Origin: Alphaproteobacteria bacterium
GTDB taxonomy: Bacteria; Pseudomonadota; Alphaproteobacteria; CAAHEQ01; UBA3637
Assembly (NCBI GenBank): GCA_017960645.1
Contig: JAGCYU010000001.1
Span: 10,006 to 74,005 of the forward strand
DNA length: 64,000 bases
Direction of reading: 5' to 3'
The position numbers were made by a program, and so were the translations under genes. The notes under the pieces were generated by a model. It had not been told where the DNA came from, did not search any database, and saw nothing but the letters and a program-made list of their open reading frames with translations. This document shows, in pieces, positions 58,320 to 64,000 of this stretch; the first letter of the stretch is position 1; each line of letters opens with the position of its first letter.

Positions 58320-58346
58320 CCCCTCTACCCAGAGGGGAGTTTTTTA
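58320..58346 (+). terminator. rho-independent terminator after the fadL-like gene
   Basis: CCCCTCT-ACCC-AGAGGGG hairpin followed by TTTTTT. Confidence 0.7.
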
Positions 58347-58419
58347 TATTCAAAAGTTCAGGTTGTTAAAGATAAAAATAACATCTATTTATAGCATGTT
58401 CACAAAACAGGAGGATGTT

Positions 58420-58629
58420 ATGAAATATATTACGTTGCTAGCATTTATTCTATTAATTGTTGGTGGATTAAATTGGGGGCTTGTCGGATTTTTTGGATTT
58501 GATTTAGTTGCCGCGTTGTTTGGCATGATGTCACCGCTCAGCCGTGTCGTCTATGACTTAGTCGGATTATCAGCCATCTGGGTTGCCTTTGATTTACTCA
58601 AAGATCAAACAAAACCAATGAACCGTTAA
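58420..58629 (+). CDS. DUF378-family small membrane protein
   Basis: VGGLNWGLVGFFGFDLVAALFG is the typical DUF378 motif; AGGAGG RBS. Confidence 0.55.
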   Translation: MKYITLLAFILLIVGGLNWGLVGFFGFDLVAALFGMMSPLSRVVYDLVGLSAIWVAFDLLKDQTKPMNR

Positions 58630-59103
58630 TTAACGAACGCCAATAAAGGCATGGGTTATTGCAATCGCCAGCGCATCTGATGCGTCTGGCGGTATGCCTT
58701 GAGGGACGGTTTTTAATAAAGTTCGCACCATCATATCTACTTGTGTTTTTTCGGCATGGCCAACACCCGTAATCGTTTTTTTGATTTGATTTGGCGTATA
58801 TTCACCGACAGTAAGCCCCATCAAAGCCGGTGTCATTAAAACAACGCCACGTGCTTGCCCTAATTTAAGGGTGGATGAAGGATTTTTATTGACGAAAGTT
58901 TCTTCAACCGCGGCTGTATCCGGTTGCCAATCTTGAACGATTTGTTTTAATGCGTTATGTAATTCCATCAATCGGCTTGCCAAAGGAAGTGTATCATCTG
59001 GATTGATAACGCCAGCCGCTATAAAAGACAACTTTGGTCCTTGTTTTTCAATCAGCCCCCAGCCAGTATGCCTTAGTCCTGGATCTAATCCAAGAATACG
59101 CAT
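58630..59103 (-). CDS. ruvC: crossover junction endodeoxyribonuclease RuvC
   Basis: MRILGLDPGLRHTGWGLI N-terminal motif. Confidence 0.9.
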   Translation of the reverse strand: MRILGLDPGLRHTGWGLIEKQGPKLSFIAAGVINPDDTLPLASRLMELHNALKQIVQDWQPDTAAVEETFVNKNPSSTLKLGQARGVVLMTPALMGLTVGEYTPNQIKKTITGVGHAEKTQVDMMVRTLLKTVPQGIPPDASDALAIAITHAFIGVR

Positions 59104-59112
59104 TCGTCCCCC

Positions 59113-59853
59113 TTATAATTGAGCTAAAATATCTTCAGCAATATTGGCATTTGTAATGACGCGTTGGACGTCATCATCTTCATTCAATTCTTCAATAAAG
59201 TTCATCAATTTTTGAGCTGTTTCTAAATCAGTTACAGGTGTTTCCACTGTTGGTTTCCAATCCAATCGTGCCACATTTGGTGTTGCAAACTTTGCTTCCA
59301 ATGCATCACGAACAGCACCCAAGTCTTCCGGTTTGCAAATAATTTCGTGGGCAGATTCGGTTGTCTGCACATCATCAGCACCTGCCTCTAAAGCTGCTTC
59401 AAACATAGCGTCTGCACTGGCAACATCCAGCGAATATTCCAAATAGCCAATTTTTTCAAAATTAAACAAAACGGTATCTCCGAAAGAGCCGCCACGCTTG
59501 GTAAATAGGGCGCGCAAGTTTGGCGCTGTTCTGGCACGGTTATCTGTTAAAGCTTCGACGATAATGGCCACACGTCCAGGGCCATATCCTTCATAGCGTA
59601 CTTCTTCATAATTCGTTGTGTCTGCAGATTGAGAACCTTTTGAAATGGCGCGTTCAATATTGTCTTTTGGCATATTTTCACTGCGCGCGCTTTGAATAGC
59701 CAAACGCAAACGTGGGTTGGCGGCAGGATCCGCCCCACCGGCTTTAACGGCGACGGTAATTTCGCGTGCTAGTTTTGAAAAGATGCGTGCACGAGCCTTA
59801 TCTTGGGCCCCCTTACGATTCATAATATTTTTAAATTGGGAATGTCCTGACAT
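59113..59853 (-). CDS. yebC: YebC/PmpR-family transcriptional regulator
   Basis: MSGHSQFKNIMNRKG N-terminus. Confidence 0.9.
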   Translation of the reverse strand: MSGHSQFKNIMNRKGAQDKARARIFSKLAREITVAVKAGGADPAANPRLRLAIQSARSENMPKDNIERAISKGSQSADTTNYEEVRYEGYGPGRVAIIVEALTDNRARTAPNLRALFTKRGGSFGDTVLFNFEKIGYLEYSLDVASADAMFEAALEAGADDVQTTESAHEIICKPEDLGAVRDALEAKFATPNVARLDWKPTVETPVTDLETAQKLMNFIEELNEDDDVQRVITNANIAEDILAQL

Positions 59854-59883
59854 AAAAAATCCTTTCGTTAAGTTTTCTTTATT

Positions 59884-60699
59884 TTAGCATAAATCCTTTG
59901 TATTTTCAAGAGTATCGCCTAAAATTATTGGGTGGATAGAGGTTGCTAAATTCGTTTTATCATCTATTTCAACATAAACAGCACACAAAGTGGAAGTGGC
60001 GGTAGCAGGCTCTAATCTTTTGCATCCGACGCCTAATCCAAAATGGGTAAAGGCTGTTTCACGGGTCATGCCAATGACAGAGGTATAGTCACCACACATG
60101 CCAATATCTGAAATATAAGCTGTGCCGCCCGGCAACACATGAGCATCATTTGTCGGGATATGCGTATGTGTGCCGACGACTAAGGCCGCTTGTCCATCTA
60201 GTTGATAGCCCATAACAATCTTTTCAGCAGTCGTTTCTGCATGGAAATCAACAATTAAAATATCATATTCGGATTGGTGTTCTTGGATAAAGGCTTGGAT
60301 TGTTTGGAATGGATCAGCCAATTCAATTTTTGAATTCATAAAAGTACGCCCCAAGACTTGGGCGACAGCTACTTTTTTATTGGCAATTGTTGCAATATGG
60401 TAACCTTTTCCAACTGTTTCCTGCGGGTAATTTAAAGCGCGAACTAGCACATTTTCTTCTTGCCAAATTTGAACAACATCCATTTTATCAAAGGTATGAT
60501 TGCCCATCGTAATAACGTCGGCACCTGCGCGGATAAGCTCCTGATAAGTTTTGGGTGTTAAACCTAAACCATGGGCGGCATTTTCTCCGTTAATAATGAT
60601 GCCATCCAATTTTAATTTTTGTTTTAATTTTGGAACAAATTCTTTTACCGCTTTGCGACCAGCCGCTCCAGCGACATCTCCACAAAATAATACTTTCAT
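59884..60699 (-). CDS. YmdB-like metallophosphoesterase (TIGR00282 family)
   Basis: MKVLFCGDVAGAAGRKAV...GENAAHGLGL motifs. Confidence 0.7.
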   Translation of the reverse strand: MKVLFCGDVAGAAGRKAVKEFVPKLKQKLKLDGIIINGENAAHGLGLTPKTYQELIRAGADVITMGNHTFDKMDVVQIWQEENVLVRALNYPQETVGKGYHIATIANKKVAVAQVLGRTFMNSKIELADPFQTIQAFIQEHQSEYDILIVDFHAETTAEKIVMGYQLDGQAALVVGTHTHIPTNDAHVLPGGTAYISDIGMCGDYTSVIGMTRETAFTHFGLGVGCKRLEPATATSTLCAVYVEIDDKTNLATSIHPIILGDTLENTKDLC

Positions 60700-61004
60700 T
60701 GTTCTAAGCTTTCAGCAAGCACATCTATTTTTGTGGCTAAATTTTTTAAACTTTGTGTCAAAACATCCGTTGTTTGTTCCATAATGGACGCGTTCGTAGC
60801 TTTTTCCAAGTGGTGTTTTTCTTCAGCCAACAGCAAACAAAGCATAGCCAATAGTTGGCCTTCTTGCATAAAGCCGATGGATTTTGTTAAAGACTCTGCG
60901 CGCTTATCTAATGTATCAGCCAATTCTCTCATATGGATTTCTTGACCATCATTGCAAGAGAACTTGTAAAAGCGTCCGCCTATTTTTAATGAAACAACAG
61001 CCAT
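60696..61004 (-). CDS. zapA: cell division protein ZapA
   Basis: 102 aa; VSLKIGGRFYKFSCNDGQE N-terminus is ZapA-like. Confidence 0.65.
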   Translation of the reverse strand: MAVVSLKIGGRFYKFSCNDGQEIHMRELADTLDKRAESLTKSIGFMQEGQLLAMLCLLLAEEKHHLEKATNASIMEQTTDVLTQSLKNLATKIDVLAESLEQ

Positions 61005-61240
61005 TAAAGATCTCCTTGCTTAAATTTTGTTAAGGCCTTATCCATTCTATCATAGGCACGTCGAATTGCTTGTTTAAGTGTCATAATCTCTTCGGCAGAG
61101 CGAGTATGAACCTTTTTGCTGGAATGGATAGCTGTTTCTAAATGAAGTACAGATTGTTCCAACGCTTTAATTGCTTCCTTAATCTGTTCCATAAGATTTT
61201 CTCCTTTATTTATTGATAAGCATAACATATTTTTATGCAT
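61004..61240 (-). CDS. small coiled-coil protein (DUF4164-like) upstream of zapA
   Basis: Conserved small ORF overlapping the zapA start; the true start is probably at the internal MEQIKEAIK. Confidence 0.4.
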   Translation of the reverse strand: MHKNMLCLSINKGENLMEQIKEAIKALEQSVLHLETAIHSSKKVHTRSAEEIMTLKQAIRRAYDRMDKALTKFKQGDL

Positions 61241-61331
61241 TCGTCCAGCAAGAAAATGATAAAAAATAAAATCCTTGCGATTTTTTAAAAAATCTTTAGA
61301 ATAGAAATAACATCAACAGAAAGGACAAAAA

Positions 61332-61655
61332 ATGAAAAATGTTGGCGAATTGATGATGAAAGCTCAAAAAGTTCAATCTCAAATGAATATCTTGCAAACC
61401 AAGATGGAATCTCAAGAATTTGAAGGCGTAGCCGCAAACGGAGCAGTCAAAGTAACAATGACAGGGCATGGCGTGCCTGTAAAGGTGTCTATTGATAAAT
61501 CGGTTATTTCTCCAGATGATGCAGAGACGTTGGAAGATTTAGTTATGGTTGCTTTATCGGATGTACGAAATAAAATAGATTCGTATATGGCACAAGAAAT
61601 GGACCGTATTCAAAAATCCTTAGGTTTGCCTCCAGGCTTTAAAATGCCATTTTAA
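61332..61655 (+). CDS. ybaB: nucleoid-associated protein YbaB/EbfC
   Basis: 107 aa; QKVQSQMNILQTKM...GAVKVTMTG pattern. Confidence 0.85.
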   Translation: MKNVGELMMKAQKVQSQMNILQTKMESQEFEGVAANGAVKVTMTGHGVPVKVSIDKSVISPDDAETLEDLVMVALSDVRNKIDSYMAQEMDRIQKSLGLPPGFKMPF

Positions 61656-61667
61656 TAGGGGTTTGGG

Positions 61668-62261
61668 ATGGCGGCCCCACAAATTGAACAATTGATTCAT
61701 TTAATGTCAAAAATACCCGGTTTTGGACCTCGTTCGGCCAGAAGGGCTGTTTTGCACCTTATGAATAAAAAAGAAGGTGTTTTGATTCCTCTGATTACAT
61801 CTATGCAGGCTGTGGCCGACAATATAAAAAAATGTCCTGTATGTGGCAATATGGATACTATGGAGCCGTGTTCGTTGTGCTCGGATATCAAACGCGACGA
61901 AAGTCAGATTTGTGTGGTGCAAGATATTGCCGACTTGTGGGCATTGGAACGTGTGGGCTTGTTCAAAGGGAAGTATCATGTGTTGGGGGGCGTATTGTCT
62001 GCTATAGATGGTATTGGGCCCCAAGATTTATCAATAGCTGATTTGGTTGGGCGCATTCAATCCGGTGTCGTGCAAGAGGTTATTTTGGCGCTTCCTGCAA
62101 CAGTTGATGGACAAACAACGGCACATTATGTGGCGGAACGGTTGGAAAAGTATCCTGTTAAGATAACAACATTGTCTAGGGGTGTTCCTGTGGGAGGTGA
62201 GTTAGATTATTTGGATGACGGAACTTTACAAATGGCATTTAAGGCGCGCCGAGATTTTTAA
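61668..62261 (+). CDS. recR: recombination protein RecR
   Basis: HhH N-terminus, Cys4 zinc finger CPVCGN..CSLC, Toprim domain. Confidence 0.9.
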   Translation: MAAPQIEQLIHLMSKIPGFGPRSARRAVLHLMNKKEGVLIPLITSMQAVADNIKKCPVCGNMDTMEPCSLCSDIKRDESQICVVQDIADLWALERVGLFKGKYHVLGGVLSAIDGIGPQDLSIADLVGRIQSGVVQEVILALPATVDGQTTAHYVAERLEKYPVKITTLSRGVPVGGELDYLDDGTLQMAFKARRDF

Positions 62262-62303
62262 TTTTTCCTTGATTTTTTAGGCTGTTTTTAGTATTCTTTT
62301 CAC

Positions 62304-64000
62304 ATGACAGATTTATCGCATATTCGTAATTTTTCTATTGTTGCACATATTGATCATGGCAAGTCCACTTTGGCGGATCGTTTGATTCAAAAATGTGGTG
62401 CTGTTTCTGATCGTGAAATGAAGGCACAGATTTTGGATAATATGGATATAGAACGCGAACGCGGGATTACGATCAAAGCTCAGACAGTTCGGTTGAAATA
62501 CAAAGATTATGTTTTAAATCTGATTGATACCCCGGGGCATGTGGATTTTGGCTATGAGGTTAGCCGGTCTTTACATGCTTGTGAAGGATCTTTGTTGGTT
62601 GTGGATGCAACGCAAGGGGTAGAGGCGCAAACGTTGGCCAATGTGTACAAGGCTTTGGATGCCAATCATGAAATTGTGCCGGTCATTAACAAGGTGGATT
62701 TACCTGCAGCGGAACCTGAAAAAGTTAAAAAACAAATAGAAGACGTTATTGGATTGGATGCTACGGATGCTCCGCTTATTTCTGCAAAAACAGGCGTTGG
62801 GATAGACGAAGTGTTAGATGTGATCGTCAATCGGTTACCTGCACCAAAAGGGGAATTAAAAGCGCCATTAAAAGCAATGTTGGTTGATTCATGGTTTGAT
62901 GCCTATTTAGGAATCGTTGTTTTGGTACGTATTGTAGATGGCGTTTTAAAAAAGAATACGCCCGTACGTTTTATGTCTACTGGTGCTGTTTATAAAGTGG
63001 AACGGCTGGGGTATTTCACCCCTAAAATGCAAGATACAGACGAATTGTCTGCCGGAGAGTTAGGCTTTGTCATCTGCGGGATTAAATCAATCGGTGAAAC
63101 AAAAGTGGGTGATACAATTACAGATGATAAAAATCCTTGCCAAGAAATGTTGCCAGGGTTTAAACCCAGTCAAAGCGTGGTGTTTTGTTCCATGTTTCCT
63201 GTGGATATGAGTGACTATGAAGCATTAAAAGAAGCAATCAGTAAGTTGCAATTAAATGATGCTAGTTTTCAATTTACGCCAGATAAATCTATGGCGTTGG
63301 GGCAAGGTTTTCGCTGTGGATTTTTGGGACTTTTGCATATGGAAATTATTCAAGAGCGCTTGTCTCGGGAATTCAACTTAGATTTAATTACAACAGCTCC
63401 GTCTGTGGCATATAAGGTCTATAAAACTAATGGGGATATGATGGTAATGCACAATCCCGCAGATATGCCGGATGTGACTACTATTAAAATGATTGAAGAA
63501 CCTTGGGTCAAGGCAACCATTATGACACCGGATGAATATTTGGGCAGTATTTTACAACTTTGCACAGAACGGCGTGGTGAGCAAATAGATTTAACTTATG
63601 TCGGCAATCGTGCCATGGTTGTGTACAGGTTGCCACTGAACGAAATTGTTTTTGATTTTTATGACAGGTTGAAATCAATATCCCGCGGCTATGCCAGCTT
63701 TGATTATGAGGTGGACGATTACCACCAAAGCGATCTTGTCCGAGTGAATATTTTAGTACATGGAGAACAGGTGGATGCTTTGGCATTTTTGGCTCATCGG
63801 TCACAAGCAGAGCGGCGTGGTCGGCAGATTTGTGAACGCTTAAAAGATTTAATTCCAAGACATCAATTTAAGATTCCTATTCAAGCTAGTATCGGTGGCA
63901 AAATTATTGCACGCGAAGATATTGCAGCCTACAGAAAAGATGTGACAGCAAAATGTTATGGGGGAGATATTACCAGAAAACGTAAACTTCTTGAAAAGCA
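62304..64000 (+). CDS. lepA: elongation factor 4 (LepA), 3' end beyond the window
   Basis: [29 protein letters not shown] GTPase N-terminus; the frame stays open to the window end. Confidence 0.9.
   Translation, partial: MTDLSHIRNFSIVAHIDHGKSTLADRLIQKCGAVSDREMKAQILDNMDIERERGITIKAQTVRLKYKDYVLNLIDTPGHVDFGYEVSRSLHACEGSLLVVDATQGVEAQTLANVYKALDANHEIVPVINKVDLPAAEPEKVKKQIEDVIGLDATDAPLISAKTGVGIDEVLDVIVNRLPAPKGELKAPLKAMLVDSWFDAYLGIVVLVRIVDGVLKKNTPVRFMSTGAVYKVERLGYFTPKMQDTDELSAGELGFVICGIKSIGETKVGDTITDDKNPCQEMLPGFKPSQSVVFCSMFPVDMSDYEALKEAISKLQLNDASFQFTPDKSMALGQGFRCGFLGLLHMEIIQERLSREFNLDLITTAPSVAYKVYKTNGDMMVMHNPADMPDVTTIKMIEEPWVKATIMTPDEYLGSILQLCTERRGEQIDLTYVGNRAMVVYRLPLNEIVFDFYDRLKSISRGYASFDYEVDDYHQSDLVRVNILVHGEQVDALAFLAHRSQAERRGRQICERLKDLIPRHQFKIPIQASIGGKIIAREDIAAYRKDVTAKCYGGDITRKRKLLEK

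Noticed and set aside
63520-63858. 112-aa minus-strand ORF
   Set aside because: Lies entirely within the lepA coding region (plus strand), which is open to the window end and strongly conserved.
1-64000. CRISPR arrays, IS elements, transposases, integrases, rRNA genes
   Set aside because: No spaced direct-repeat arrays, inverted terminal repeats, DDE transposase-like or integrase-like ORFs, or rRNA-like conserved blocks were seen on either strand.

Overview
This 64-kb window appears to be a compact, AT-rich chromosome segment from an alphaproteobacterium, with nearly all genes housekeeping. The alphaproteobacterial assignment rests on DivK-like and GapR (DUF2312) genes, DUF1013 and DUF4167 proteins, an rpoZ-spoT pair and a gidB-parA-parB cluster. 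Gene packing is dense, with many 4-bp start/stop overlaps.

The backbone is the classic tRNA-Trp-secE-nusG-rplKAJL-rpoBC block on the minus strand, a tkt-fba-rpe operon, tRNA synthetases (metG, thrS), and replication/repair genes (dnaQ, holA, mutS, ruvC, recR, xseA). The right-hand third looks origin-proximal: three perfect copies of the canonical parS palindrome TGTTTCACGTGAAACA surround gidB-parA-parB. A 320-bp AT-rich intergenic region just upstream of dnaQ carries three AGTTATCC DnaA-box-like motifs, one of them a perfect TTATCCACA.

The most unusual content is a handful of accessory-looking genes wedged into conserved operons:
- an orphan fusion of a ferredoxin/F420-hydrogenase-beta-like domain with a polysaccharide pyruvyl transferase, right next to tRNA-Trp where tuf would normally sit;
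- a protein with two HNH-like modules placed immediately downstream of phoB (3-bp gap);
- a small, cysteine-rich secreted protein inside the tkt-fba-rpe operon;
- a single multi-domain regulator combining an RsbW-like kinase domain, a receiver domain and a PP2C phosphatase domain;
- a three-gene cluster with overlapping start/stop codons made of a membrane coiled-coil protein followed by a MazE/MazF-like toxin-antitoxin pair.

No CRISPR array, transposase or rRNA gene was seen. All calls come from reading the translations and the DNA by eye; nothing was checked against a database.
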